A stretch of DNA of 62,935 nucleotides, counting the filler, from Craspedostauros australis (taxonomy: Eukaryota): NCBI GenBank assembly GCA_030167865.1. It is 11 parts of 11 records of this genome, joined end to end, with 100 filler letters (N's around TTAATTAATTAA, not from the genome) between each part and the next. Parts side by side here need not be neighbours in the genome. Positions count along the whole stretch, not along the records: positions 1 to 6,665 come from JALAGF010002530.1; positions 6,766 to 36,269 come from JALAGF010002532.1; 9 more parts are not named here. One strand, given 5' to 3'. Below the pieces are notes generated by a model. It was not told the origin of the DNA, searched no databases, and saw only the letters and a program-made list of their open reading frames with translations. Shown here one piece after another: positions 1-13,500 of this stretch. The position numbers and the translations under genes are program-made. Each line of letters opens with the position of its first letter. Positions within the stretch are counted from its first letter, which is position 1.

Positions 1-1010
1 AGAGGCAAGGAAGAAGCAAACGCTGAGGGGCTCCAATCCGCCACCAGCAGTACATGTTTACAACGCACAACATCCGCGCACAAAATGTGATGTGTGATTT
101 TTGAGAGAGGAAGGTGGAAAAACCGAAGTCTGGACACCCACCCGTCAAAATCCCCGTGAATGCGAAACACGAACCAAGCACACAACGCGGAAAACTGCGA
201 GAGGGGAAGGCTAGGGGCATCAAAATAAGTTATATCATATCTCTTGAACCACATCTTCAATGAAGCTAAAAGTCTCCAGGTATAGGTTTTAGAAGATTGT
301 GAAGACGTCTATGTGGTTTATATTGTGTTTAGAGACAACAAACCTCGAGCTCCTCACGAGGTCTCTCGATGGGGCATATGTGGTTTATCTGCAACAGGGT
401 CATATGCATGTAAAATGAAGGGGCTGGTTGACTTCATCCATGATGTCCACATCCCATCTTCCCAAAAACAATCGTTCAGCATCTGCGCATTCCTCGTACT
501 CACACGACTGCTCTCTCCCTTGAGAGAGGGAGAGATTATTGATGCGCTGCCACGATCGTGGATGGTTGGCATCGCTCCACATGGAACGATTTTGGCATGA
601 ATCCCATGGTCACCGAAAGGAACAGAAACAAGACGGAGATGACGTGTCTCAATACTCTCGTGAGTAGCTCGCACTTGCCGAAGAACAGGAACTTGGGCTC
701 CACTTTGAACACCACTTTGAACACAGCAGAACGAGCAGCGCATGAAGTGCTATCTCATCCGATGTTTCGCATTAGGCTTTATTTGTCGGTATCAATTGGA
801 TTTAATGTAAGTCCAGGGCTTGTTGAAACAGGTTCGTATTGCATCATAATTCTTCGGAGTACCGGAATGCATTCATGTTGGAGGGGTTTTTCTTTAGATT
901 CATTTTGATTTGACTTGATTCGGCGGCGCGGGGTGGATGGATGAGGGTGCCGTTGCATCCTTGCTTGGCGCTTTCGCCGGTTCTCATCAGCCATACTTGT
1001 ACCAACGCAA

Positions 1011-3785
1011 TCACGCACGGATAGCTGCTGGATTGCGTCTCAGAAGATTGTAGATGACAGAGGCGTGGGCGACACCGCCATCGTCATGCTTGGTGGTATC
1101 CGCATCGGCTTTGCCTTGCGACCGCGCAGCTGCAGATTGCAGCAGATTCTGACGCCACGAGAACAGCTTGTGATTTCGAACGCGTTGCGGGATGTCGGAG
1201 TCGTCCACGATCGACGTACCGTGATCATTGCTGGTGCCTGCGGCTGTGGCGGTTGCACGAATGTTTCTGGATTGCGGTGAGGTCCCCCTTGTGGTTTTGG
1301 GCGTTGCCGCGGCCAAAATGGCGAGCGGAAGTCCCGAGTTTGGATCGATGGAGTGCAAACATTCCGGGGAGAGCCCGAACAGCCGCTCCACCCCTTGATC
1401 CCAATGCTTGCCAGAACGCAAGCACGCGGCGACGGCCTGCGTGACAACCTCGTTGGAGATGACGGCCCCGTTACGCTGGATCGCCTGCGAAAGGATGCCA
1501 AGCACCTGATCGCATGCTGTCGGTTCTGTCGCCTTGGCCGCGAGAACCATCGGATGGAACCCGGAGAATGGATCATTTCCAAAGTCTGTGGTGGACAACG
1601 CGTGTTCGACCGCCAAGCGGAAGGCCGGGAGCGGGAGGTACTTTAGCATGGTGATGGCAGCTGGGAGGAGGGAGAAGCGCGTTCTGTTCTCCACGTTGTC
1701 GTCGAGGCTGAGGAGATGGAAGAAGGCCACCTGCAACAGGAGGATCGCCTTGTCCCACTTCTTGCCCGATCGGCGTTGCGTGGTTTGGTACTCACGCAGG
1801 ATCTCCATCCAGGCAATGTACAGTGGAGTGATGATGGGCTTCTGCTTCTGCTCCTGGTGCTGCTGACGCGCGTACGTTCTAGTCTTGGAGGCGTGGCAAG
1901 AGATGAGGACGGTCTGCGGATTGGCCTGTGCCAAGGTCTCAACCACGTCCATCCTGGCACCTTTGGAGATGGCGTGATGCAGCGGTGTGCGCCCGTAACG
2001 ATCCTGCATGCCGACGGCCGCCGGGTTCTCGCGGAGCAAGGCTTCCACCACAGCGGCGGATGCGCCGTAATGGCAGGCAAAGTGGAGCGGGGTGGATCCC
2101 TCGGAATCGACCCTATATGCCGCCTTGCGATAGAGCTTGAGGAGGGTGTTAACGGCCTGAACGGGCGGACCACCAGAGCAAGCCCAGTGGAGCGGGTGAA
2201 GACCATCGGCATCCACTTGCTTGGCTGCAGATCTGGTGCCGTACTGCTGGATGGCATCCCATTGCTGCATCCTGGCCATGTCCAGCAATGACGTCTGCGG
2301 TGGTGCTGTGGTCTTGAGTCTTCTGTTGTGGCGGTGTCGACGGGTGCTTCGGTGGTGTTGATCATGGTCGTTGTCATGACGTCGACGACGATGCCCATCC
2401 TTGCTGCCGCTCTTCCTGTTACTCTTGCTGCTGGTGCTGGTGCTGGTGTTGGTTGTGGTAGTCTTCCGGATTCTGTTCGTTGCTTTGCTGTCACCATCCT
2501 GATGTTGACGATGACGACGACGGTGAGAACGGCGTTGTTGGTCGTGTTTGTCGCGATGAGTGATCGGAGGCAAGTTTTCACTTGTTTCATTTTGTTCTTC
2601 ACCAGGTTTCGTCGTGGTTGAATCATCACGCGGTCTGACTTTGCTGGTCGCTGCTGTGGCAAGAAAGAGGGAGGCACCTCGCAGGGCCAGCGGAACGGAG
2701 TTTGGATTGATCAGCTGCAACATGGTGTTGATTGTTGATGAGAGACTGTTGTTGTTGTTGTTGATGATGTTGCAAGGGTGGGTGGTCCTGCTATTTGCTT
2801 CATCGTTTGCGCTCCTGTTTTGTGAGGCCGCCGAGGTGGATCGTTCTTTTGATTTTGGTGGAGGCGGATCCCACTCCACCGTGCCAGCGCTGATGCCCGT
2901 TGCGTAATTGTCGCGATGGTGCGGAGACGTGTTGGTGTGGGCACCGGTACTGGATCCAGCACAAATACGAATTTGATTGGCGCCTCCAGGTTTGTGGCGC
3001 AAAAAACGTCGCGGTTTGACACGAAGGAAGATGAAATTCAAAATCGAGCACGGCCAAGTCGCCCCCTCCTCCTCAGGGTTCTTGTCCGAAGTGATGCTGG
3101 GTGTGGAATTTTTGCAGAAGCAGTTCCCATCTTGTGGAAACGTGCACTTTGCTGCTCCTCTGCGACGGCGCAAAGGCAGCGGCGGTGGCATGCACAGCAT
3201 GGTGACGACGGCATCGATGGGGCAGTCAGAGCAGCCGCATGACAATTTGGATCGGAAGAAAGAGCAGGGTTGCTCTTGACCTCTCGTCGTGCAGCGTTGT
3301 GCGGTGGCGGCGGCAGCTGCTCTGCATTGGCGCACCTTGCGTCGCCTCGCTTCACACTTCAATTCCCGGGCCCATCTGGATGGACTGCAGCCCGCGACAC
3401 GCGGCGTGATCTTTCGGAACTTGAGACGCATGAAGAACATGGCCGGCAGGAGCAGGAGCACGTGCTGCAGGACGGAGAGGATGGTGAACTCCGCCGACAA
3501 GGGGGCATCGGGGATCATGCATGCCATTCCATGAGCGTCTTCGTATCCGTAGTCACACTTGTAGTCACAGTCGTAAGCATGAGCATGAATATGAGGACGG
3601 ACATGTCCTTGCGTTGGATGATGCGCATCTGCATGCGCTTGCATCCGCGAGATGGATGGCATGCTGAAGGGATGATCGAAACTGGTGTCACCTGTGATCT
3701 CCGTGACCATGGTGGGTGCTGCGTATCCGATGTTGCCGCGGCGGCAGGGAATGATGTGATCGTCTGCGTTCAAGGCGATGATCAT
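1011..3785 (-). CDS. Ankyrin-repeat protein (start uncertain; could begin at a downstream ATG such as 2723)
   Basis: 924-aa ORF with three consecutive ankyrin repeats (DADGLHPLHWAC, DSEGSTPLHFACHYG, DRYGRTPLHHAISKG) and a diatom-style C-terminus (DPNSGLPLAILAA...IYNLLRRNP). The N-terminal half is low-complexity. Confidence 0.8.
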   Translation of the reverse strand: MIIALNADDHIIPCRRGNIGYAAPTMVTEITGDTSFDHPFSMPSISRMQAHADAHHPTQGHVRPHIHAHAYDCDYKCDYGYEDAHGMACMIPDAPLSAEFTILSVLQHVLLLLPAMFFMRLKFRKITPRVAGCSPSRWARELKCEARRRKVRQCRAAAAATAQRCTTRGQEQPCSFFRSKLSCGCSDCPIDAVVTMLCMPPPLPLRRRRGAAKCTFPQDGNCFCKNSTPSITSDKNPEEEGATWPCSILNFIFLRVKPRRFLRHKPGGANQIRICAGSSTGAHTNTSPHHRDNYATGISAGTVEWDPPPPKSKERSTSAASQNRSANDEANSRTTHPCNIINNNNNSLSSTINTMLQLINPNSVPLALRGASLFLATAATSKVRPRDDSTTTKPGEEQNETSENLPPITHRDKHDQQRRSHRRRHRQHQDGDSKATNRIRKTTTTNTSTSTSSKSNRKSGSKDGHRRRRHDNDHDQHHRSTRRHRHNRRLKTTAPPQTSLLDMARMQQWDAIQQYGTRSAAKQVDADGLHPLHWACSGGPPVQAVNTLLKLYRKAAYRVDSEGSTPLHFACHYGASAAVVEALLRENPAAVGMQDRYGRTPLHHAISKGARMDVVETLAQANPQTVLISCHASKTRTYARQQHQEQKQKPIITPLYIAWMEILREYQTTQRRSGKKWDKAILLLQVAFFHLLSLDDNVENRTRFSLLPAAITMLKYLPLPAFRLAVEHALSTTDFGNDPFSGFHPMVLAAKATEPTACDQVLGILSQAIQRNGAVISNEVVTQAVAACLRSGKHWDQGVERLFGLSPECLHSIDPNSGLPLAILAAATPKTTRGTSPQSRNIRATATAAGTSNDHGTSIVDDSDIPQRVRNHKLFSWRQNLLQSAAARSQGKADADTTKHDDGGVAHASVIYNLLRRNPAAIRA

Positions 3786-5164
3786 GGTGCTCTCTGAGGC
3801 ATCGGTTGGATGTTGTTGGTGCGAGTGTGATGCTGTGGCAAGCCGCGATGTAGTGTCGGAGGTGTGCCAAGTTGTCCAGCAAGATTTGCGGTGACGTGGT
3901 GGAATTGATGTGATGCGGTTGTACTTGTAATTGTACTCTCAGCAGCATTGCACCCAGTGCGGAATTGAAACGTGGCACGGGGCGCTTTCGACGCCTGCTC
4001 TCCTCTGCGCTGCTTTTGGCTCGATTTGTGATCGTCCGCAGATGGTGGAGGTGATTTTGTGAGCTTCGTGGAGGCGCCTGGGGTAGTTCGTTCAATGTGT
4101 GCGTGTGGATGTGCGTGTGTGGATGTGCGTAGATGTAGTCGTATGACACCAGTACGGGTACCAACCAGTGCGAGTAAATCGTACAACCACGTATGACAGT
4201 CACCCTCTGTGGTTGGGTTTCCACAATTCAGGAATCACGATCTGATCCAAAAGATATCACACAAAGCAAAGCAGCAACGAATGAGCTGCTGAACCGAGTC
4301 TTCGCAGAGTAGCTCGTGTTGGTGTTGGTGACGATGGCTGTGCAGTTTGTGAATTCAGTTCGTGCAGTTCGCCCAGTTCGTGCAGATCTATTCTGTTCTT
4401 GTTCTTGTCGTTGCTGTTGCCGTATTTGGTGGCGGCTTTGTTGGATTGAAATGAGCGCACTGTCGTCTATTCGTACTTCGGATGGGACGGTATCGTCAAG
4501 TGCGGAGTATGTATTGGCGCGGGCCCGGGTTTGTTCACAAGATGGGCAGTGGGCAGTGACAAGGCACAATCCTTGTGCGATACCTGCGCGATACTTACGT
4601 GCGCACAGGAACAACGCTCCGGCAAAGGCGCCAAAATGATCTGACTTACTGACTTCGCCCCCTGACAACCCCCTCACAAAATCGAAGCTTGGGTTTGGAA
4701 CGTGTCTGTGTGTGGGGCGCACTCATCGTCATGTTCCACCAACAGGTTGTACACATCTTGATGTGCACATTTCCATTCACCAACCAACGCCAACGCCATC
4801 CGCCCCACCGTGAAGTTCTGTCGCTTGTGTTTCTGCATCGCGCCTGTTCGCACGTGTTCGTCACGCAATTTTGCCAGCACGTTGGAACAACAGAGAAAGG
4901 CAACCACGACTGCGCATGGACGTGGCGCGCGCAAGCCGGGTATCACCACGCCCCTTCCATCACGAATCTTTGATCACCATTGTTCTTCCACGTTTCAGTC
5001 CATCGAGTCAATCGACCCATGATCCATCCGACCGCACATCAATACGAAGTATCTTTGGCATCAAGAAATCGCAGCGACAAAGTTCTTGTGACAAACCGCC
5101 CACCGGCCTCTTCTGTTCGCACCTCGTATCGTGCGGGTAGTCGCCCGCGCACGAGTTTTGATAG

Positions 5165-5325
5165 GAGCCCGATCAGTGAGTCGACCAATCGTTTGAAATA
5201 GACCTCCAGAAATTTTCTCTCCTACATACTAACCAAGCACATATTCGTAATCCTTGTAGGTCTAATACAAATAATTAACCATTACATTTTTGAATCAGAT
5301 CCTACTTTAAGTTTTATGGACGGAT
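5165..5325. repeat. Dispersed repeat segments, probably transposon termini
   Basis: 5165-5207 (GAGTCGACCAATCGTTTGAAATAGACCTCC) matches 42486-42530 in reverse orientation. 5265-5320 (ATAATTAACCATTACATTTTT...TTTAAGTTTTATGGA) matches 50905-50957. Confidence 0.55.
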
Positions 5326-6665
5326 GGATATGCGCAATTTTCGATCTCTTTCGTGTTTCGGCCTCTTGCCTACGACTACATCGATCCAATTTAACCCTTT
5401 GCTGTTCTTCGTTTCAGCAAGGTTGTTCCGATTTTGAATTGTTTAGTCTCTTTTTCAGGTGTCCGGATGAGACCATCCAACAGTCCATCCACGATAGCAC
5501 TAGTAGTAGAATGTTGGGGTAAGCGGCGAATGCGTATTTACGTTACTTACACCATGTGCTCGTCCAATCCGTCATCGACGTCACGAAATTGGATACTGCG
5601 TCATGAAACACCAATGATATCACGATGCGCAACATCAGCAGGTCTGCTTCGTCGTGGTGAAGTGGTTGAGCGGGGTTGGTACTCCTCAAGTGTTTTGTGT
5701 TGTGCTCCTTTCGGACAGTTACTACAATTGAAGGCAAATCTCCACATCCCCCAAAATGTGAGGCCGGTTGAGAGTGGCGAACTCGACACACCAAGATGAA
5801 AATGGAGCAACACCAAAAAAATACCACAATGGCCGTCGAACGGTATGCTTGGCGCCGCAACAACCAGCCGGCCAATTCAAGATCCAAGAACATCGCCGTC
5901 ACCTACACGCAACGTTTGGTGGGTGGACGAACGGAGGCGGGAAGAGGGGTTGATTTGGGGCCGTCGTAGGCCCCAGAAATACGATCACGATTTGGCTCCA
6001 AATCGGCTCGTTGGTGTTGGCCTATGTGTGCCACACACAGGTCAAATCAGCGCCTGCGGATACGCAAGACGCCTCATAAAAGGCAAGAAGAAGGCGCCCT
6101 CAAAGTTTGAGGCTCGCGGAGCACCGGGAAGGTCTCCGCGCGGAGGAAAAGGTGGTTCTGAGGAGTTTTGGTTGAGGCTTGCGCGGCACTGGTCGCGTGG
6201 CTTTGGCTGCGAGGAGCGATGGGACGACGCCCCTCAATCGCCAAGGCCCCAATACAAGGTGCGTGCGACATCAATTGAAGATGCACGTCGTGAAGTCTGT
6301 GCCACGGATATGGTCTACAAGAGGCTGCATCCAACCATATCTGCAGAATGGTCATTGTTGGTGGGAGCAAAAAATGCACCACCACATCATCTTGTGGAGG
6401 TGTATCACGTCGGCCATGCACGCCCAGCCCATTCTGGATGCATCCGNNNNNNNNNNNNNNNNNNNNNNNNNNNNNNNNNNNNCTTGGAGGGGCTGAAAGG
6501 ATCGTATGGACGAGATACGGATCCAAATCTGCATTGCAAGCGGATTGAAAGCGTTTTTTCGAAATCGTTCTGTTTCAGTGTGTGGGTGCATTGCTGCATG
6601 CAGAGCCGATATCTGTGGCCATCCTTCATGGAGCGGATAGCTGGGAGGTATGCAGAGCGAATGGT

Positions 6666-6765
6666 NNNNNNNNNNNNNNNNNNNNNNNNNNNNNNNNNNN
6701 NNNNNNNNNTTAATTAATTAANNNNNNNNNNNNNNNNNNNNNNNNNNNNNNNNNNNNNNNNNNNN
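6666..6765. other. Artificial contig linker N44-TTAATTAATTAA-N44; the 12-mer also starts at 36314, 40949, 43613, 44935, 47108, 50846, 52263, 58754 and 61672
   Basis: The identical 12-mer, which has stops in all six frames, is centred in 100-bp N gaps ten times. Confidence 0.95.
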
Positions 6766-9700
6766 AAATAAACCAGGATGGCATCCCCCTCTCGCTCATC
6801 CACCAAAATTTACATGGCGGTTCCGCCTATGCGCTCAGATCTTGCACTGAACCGCTGCTTGTCGCAGTGACGATGATGCCGTTCGACGGCGCTTGAGGAG
6901 TTTTGTTGTGTTTCTCCATTGTCGTGTTGTTGTGTTGTGTTCGGTGTTCTCAAACAGTTTTTGCTGTTGAGGCCATGGAGAAAACCCACAATTCTACCGA
7001 ATGTGCCCATCAATGAGAACACTTTGCGAGTCCCGAATTTCGCCTCCACTCACACGATGTCTCTTCCTCTGTTGTGACTCGTTTCGCATGACGTGGAATC
7101 CTTCCCCTGTGACGTAGAAGACGGATCAGCGAGAGTAAACACGAAATAGCTCTAAATATNCAATCGCCGTTTCTCCCAAAAGCAAGCAAACCAGTGGCAA
7201 CAAGGGGCCAAAACTCTACAACTAGCGTTATCGTGACCCAGTTTATGGTTTGGTGCAGGTCGTACTCTACGGCAGTTCGATCACATGCGGAGAGGGACGC
7301 AGCAAGCAACGACAAGGATACATACGCACGAGTACATGCAGACCCACAGGTTCGAGGCAAGAATGCTGGAGCCTACAGCATACTGAATTGCTCTGCAAGA
7401 GAATAGAAATACCAAATCAATTTGACGTCGACGATGGTGACTAGATACTTCAGCTGTAATGGTGTGGTATTGCAGTACGATTTTGCAATTATCCTCTGCT
7501 GATGTTCTACTACATGCGAGTAGTATCGTTAGGCGCGAGACCCCTGCGGGATGGAAGATTCGACCAGTGGAGTTGATGACGGTCACCTTTTTCGCACCCT
7601 CCAGATGTCGAAACTCGACACAATGGGCAAGTCATCATTTTTTGGGCTGCACATGATTTCTTGTGAATGCGGAGGCGCCTGGACCTCCTCGTTTTACCTC
7701 GTATTTCTATCCACCTGCATGTTGAGTGGAGGACACCCACGATGCCCGCCTGCTCCATCTGAAGGAATTAACCTAACCTTGCATAGGCACAGATATGGCA
7801 ACGGTGGAAAGCAGCGATCAAGTTGAATTGGTCTCGAGAGCCCAATTCGCCCACGGGCGGTCTTGAACATGACGGAATCTCTTGATTACGTGGGCAAGCA
7901 CCAACGATGCCGGGCACATTGCGTTCTTTTTTCTGCCATAGGAGATCATGTGCATGGCAGTATGTATGCTCCGCAGTAATTTCGTCGTCAATCGATGTTG
8001 CAACCATGGTCGCGTCTCGAGATTCTGCTCGATTTTTGTAGTCAGCACGTGCTATTTTCCGCAGAGCATAGTATTCCGTGCTGCTGTTCTTTTCTTGGTA
8101 GCGAGAATCGCTGCGACGAGAACTCTCCTTGGATGCCGCTGTCATGTCTTTCCGCGAGGATCATGATCCACTCCTCCTGATGATGGAGACGGCGAGAGAG
8201 ATAGAGAAAGTGGGGCTGTACGTATGCTTGGTGGTGGAAATGAGAAATGATGTCTTGGTCCGTAGATTTGAAAATTCCGTGCCATCGATTGTGGGGACAC
8301 GGGTATTCACTTGGCGTGGCACTCAATTCTTGGTGTTTTGGTCGTGGCCGTTCGTATTGCTCACATCATACCATACTCCGGTCTGCAGTAGAATAGAATA
8401 CTTGCAGAATTGGAAATGGGAAGTGCCATGGCATCAAAGAGTGTGGGAAGTGGGACTATCCTCTTGGAAGGATCTTGCCAAATTCGACAGGAGGATGGTT
8501 GGACGTCAGCCGCATCTTGGTTGGTCAATCGTGAAACAATCGTTTCTGGCGATCGCAATCCCCCCAAAGGACGATGATTCTGTTGAGAGTTGACCTGCAG
8601 ATGCATGCCCTTTGATGAGCTCTCAAAGAGTGGATCTCAGTGGACGCAGGAGCTCTGGACGATGGTGAAGAGTTGGATGAGATATGCCCTGCGAGTCTTC
8701 AGCGATCAGCAACTGCAGTTGCCGTCGCCATGGTCAATTTCATTTTCTTGCCGATGATGCTATGCTGTTTGGTGTTGATATTTCTGCCGTCGCCGTCGCC
8801 GCCACCGTCGTCGTCGCCGTCGTCGTGTTCTTGCCTTGGCTGGCGTTGTTATTGTTCTGTCTGGCCATCGCTCAACTCGTACGTTCCTGGCTGGATCTCC
8901 TTGTGTTGACGTCAACGTCGGGGGGAGCTGCCTTCACACATTTGGTTCCGTCCTGGAATCCAGAGATGATGTCAATCAATCAGTCGTCATCACGAGATAC
9001 GACCATGCGACAGGGCATACGTGAGCGTTGTCTGCCACCTCCTCCCTCTTGAAGATCTTGCCCATCTCCTCTCTCTTGATCACGTCATCCATTCTCCCTT
9101 TCATTCGTGCTGGAGATCAACCGCTGTTGCTCTACTCATAGGCCCAGGCACTGCGTCTCACCAATCCATCTCGTCGCTCTTGATTCCGTGCATTGAAGTT
9201 GTCCAACATCGCACTCGTCACACCAAGTTCGAATTTCGATGTTGATGTCAGAACGCGGATACTTCCCTCATACCTTTCCCAAATCGTTTCCGGGTGGAAG
9301 ACATGACGTGACATGGAACTGCAACTGCAACTACGACATCATACCGGCATGGGCAAGCAGTATTCGCCTTCAACCTCACTACCGCTCTGTCGACGAAGTG
9401 TGAACAGTCGTGCAGAGCAGCAGCGAGTGTTGTCTGGCCACGCACTGCTCCGAGAGTATTGGTATCGGGACCCCAACGGACTTCTCCGCTACTCGTACTC
9501 TTCACTGACGCATGTGTTCATGCTCGTTCAAATCTTGCTGTGTATTCTGACACTCGTGCTTCACCGCGCTTCACCGCGCTTCACCGCGTGCTTGGTCCCA
9601 TCATTCGGACTTGATTCTCCCAAATCGTTTCGTCCCAGTTGTGTTCGTGACGTCATATGCTGCTATTCATGACGTCATGAATTGGATTCCGACGAAACAT

Positions 9701-10520
9701 CACGTCGCGTTCGTCTCCATTTCGTGATCCAGCCAACACAGGAATTGATTGGTTCTGTGTGCAGATGTGTCTGAAGCGGACGGCTTCCAGCGCCACCACA
9801 CACCCGCACTGTCGCCCTTCAGCGATGCCGCGCACACGTGTCGATGTGCCACGAACGACAATTTCTTCGGAAGCTTCTCCGATTCTGGAAGATCGAATCG
9901 TCCGCACATGTCGCAATCCGTGTCGCATATCCTACATTACACTATTATTACATCACCCTGAGTGACGTAGGAGGCGTTACTTGTCCGGAAATGAACCTGC
10001 ATGGTGACGCCATCGTACTGCAACAAGGGATAGTTCCTCCAGTTACGTCACATTTTGGCGCAAACCTCATCGCGGACAAATGCCGCATACTTCCTTTTTC
10101 TCAGGCCAAACTTCCAGCATCGAGGCCGCAGTCTGCATGTGCGAAACAAATCGAAACAACTCACCTCGTCTCACGCGCTAAAGATACTCACCATCATCCG
10201 TCATCACGACGATTGCGCCGCACCACATCGCAACACATCGCATGTCATCTCAAGAGCAAAGCAACGCACCAAAGCAAGCATCGATCGTGAAACGCCCAAA
10301 TCCAACAACGTCCAACCTCATTCATCATCTCACAAAAACCAAGAACTGCCAAAGGAAACACGAAGCCAAACTTCAGCACTTTCCTCTCCCAGTTTTCAAT
10401 ACAAGAACCGCCACCTTTTTGCTTGCATCCTCAGTTTTGCATTCAGAAAACAAAGCCAGTCTTCGTCGACATAAAAAACAAACAAACAAACACAAAGAAC
10501 AAACCAACCCAACCACCATC

Positions 10521-13500
10521 ATGTCTCAAGGTCAACAAGCATCCGATGAGGGTCCACAGTGGCACGCCATGTCCGCTGAGGACGCCTGCGCCGAGCTCGG
10601 TCTCAAGCTGGAGCATGCCGTCAAGAACGGTATCACCACCGCCGACGCCAAGCAGCGCTTGGAACGCTACGGGCCAAACGCCTTGACCGAGAAGGAGAAG
10701 ACCACCCTCCTCCAGCGCATCTGGAAGCAGGTCAACAACGTCCTCGTCGCCATCCTCGTCTTCGTCGCCGTTGTCTCCCTCGTCAAGGGAATCATCACCG
10801 ACAAGGCTGAGGACCGCGTCACCAACTTCATCGAGGTTGGACTCATCACCTTCGTGATCACGTAAGTTTCCTCATCACGCTCGCACAGCACCTTGTCGGA
10901 ATTCGAAGATGAATGATTCGATTCTGGTTCGTGTTTGCTTTCCTTTCGTCCTTTTCCGGCAGCACCGCGCGCCACGACTACAACCGGCGATCGGATTCGC
11001 ACATGAATCTTCCCGTTTGTGTCAATCTCGGAACAACGACAAAATCAACAACTGCGAACCAAACTATCACCACACAGGAACTGACAGCATCATTATTTCT
11101 TCCTCTCCCACTCACTCCCAAACACACACGATGAAATCAACAACACAATCATACACGCATCTCGACCGCACAGTCTCAACACCGCCATTGGTATCTTTCA
11201 GGAGGGTTCCGCCGAGAAGGCCGCCGAGGCCCTCAAGGGTATGCTCTCCAGCGATGCCGTCGTCCGCCGCGACGGCAAGGAGACCAAGGTGCCAGGTGCC
11301 GAGATCGTTCCAGGTGACATCGTCATCATGAACACCGGAGACCGTGTCCCAGCCGACATCCGCATGCTCGAAGTCAACAACTTGGCTTGCCAGGAGGCCG
11401 CCCTCACCGGAGAATCCGTGCCAATCGACAAGATGACCGACCTCATCGTGCCTGAGAACGGAAACCCAAAGCAGGTCCCGCTCGGAGACCGCAAGAACTT
11501 GTGCTTCTCTGCCACCCTCGTCGCCCAGGGATTCGGTGTTGGACTCGTCGTCTCCACCGGTGACTTCACTGAGATCGGAACCATCAACAAGCTCGTCAAC
11601 AAGGTCGAGACCAAGAAGACCGCCGTCCTCGAGCAGATCGACTTCGTCTCCAAGATCCTCGCCTGCTTCATCGCCGTCACCGCCATCATCACCTGGTGCG
11701 TCGCCTTCTTCATGGTCGGAGAAAGTGCCCTTGACGCCCTCTCCATCGCCCTCGTCTGCGCCGTCGCCATGATCCCAGAAGGACTCGAAGCCATTGTCAC
11801 CATGACCTACTCCTGGTCCGTCAGCAACATGGCCAAGCAGCAGGCCATCATCCGCGTCCTTCCAGCCGTCGAGACTTTGGGAAGTGTCACCGTCATCTGC
11901 TCCGACAAGACCGGAACCCTCACCAAGAACGAAATGTCCCTCGTCGCCTTCGTCACCTCCAACGCCCATTACAAGTTCGATGTCGACAACAAGGACCGCA
12001 CTGTCACCAACTTCACCCGCGATGATCTCTACCTCCGCGAGCGCGCTGCCCGTGGCGGAGCCTCCAAGTCCACCAGCAAGTCTTCCTCCGCCTCCAAGCC
12101 AATCAGCAATGATTCCACCCCAGTCTCCGCCGGCCAATCTCCAGAACTCTCCTTCGTCCGCAACGCCCTCGCTGGCGGTGTCCTCTGCTCCAAGTGCACT
12201 CTCGGTGTCAACGGTACTCGCGAAGGCGAGATCGGAAACCCAACTGAACTGTCCATCCTCCGCGCCTCCTACCTTGCCAACATCGATGTCGGTGGCATGA
12301 AGGACGAATCCCCAATCATCGCCGAAGTCCCATTCTCCTCCGAGTACAAGTTCATGGCCACCGTGCACGAGCCAACCCCAGAGAACGACGGATCCGGATA
12401 CGACGGAAAGTATGTCATCCACGCCAAGGGAGCCCCAGACCGCATGATCAAGCTTTGCAAGTACCAGGCCAAGGCCGGTATGCTCGGAGAGGAAAACCAG
12501 GAACCAATCGAGATGGACTTTTGGGCCGATAAGATCGCCGTGCTCAGCTCCCATGGACTTCGTGTGCTGGCCTTGTGCCGCGGATCTGCTGACAAGAGCG
12601 AGATCGAGAAGGGTGCCCAGCTCAAGCCAGGATTCATCAACGAACGCTCCGAGCCATGGCTCACAATTGTCGGACTTTGCGCTATCATGGACCCACCGCG
12701 CCCAGAATGCGTTGACGCCATCGCTATTGCCCACCGTGCCGGAGTCCGTGTTGCCATGATCACCGGAGATCACAAGGGTAAGTGGCATTCCTGCTGCGAC
12801 TGCTGTTGCTGCAAAATCTCAATTCGCATCGGATGGGGCGATGACAACAATCGCAGCCGAAACCTGATTCTCACACTTCCATTCCTCGCGCTTCGCTCAC
12901 TCCACTCGCTGACGAACTCGACTACGCACCACTCATCTTGCAGATACCGCCCTCGCAATCGGAGACCAGCTCGGACTCGTCGACGCCAAGTACCCAGATG
13001 CCATTACCGGACCAGAATTCGATGCCCTCTCCGAGCAGGAGATGCTCAAGGCCGTCCAGAAGTACAACGTTTTCGCCCGCGCCTCGCCACAGAACAAGAT
13101 CCAGATCGTCAAGGCCCTCCAGGCCGAGGGAGAAGTCGCCAGTATGACCGGAGATGGTGTGAACGACGCCCCAGCTTTGAAGGCCGCCGATATGGGAGTC
13201 GCCATGGGCAAGGAAGGAACCGATGTCGCCCGCGAGGCTTCCGAGATGATCCTCGCCGATGATAACTTCGCCACCATCGTTTCCGCTGTCCGTGAGGGTC
13301 GTGTCGTCTGGGACAACCTCCGCAAGGTCCTCCTCATCAACACTCCAATCAACAACGCCCAGGGAATGTCCGTCCTCTTCGGTCTCCTTTGCGGTTTGGA
13401 TGATGCCCCACTCACCCCAATCCAGGTCCTCTACTGTAACTTGATCTGTGCCGTCACCCTTGGATTCGTCGCCGCCGTCGAACCAGCTGAGGATGGTATC

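Noticed and set aside
5845..6717. 290-aa ORF
   Set aside because: It spans N gaps and has no domain signal.
6710..6721. Recurrent TTAATTAATTAA motif as a biological element
   Set aside because: It is always centred in 100-bp N gaps, so it is an assembly linker.
7400..9320. Possible decayed minus-strand gene
   Set aside because: Coding-like fragments but many stops and no recognisable motif.
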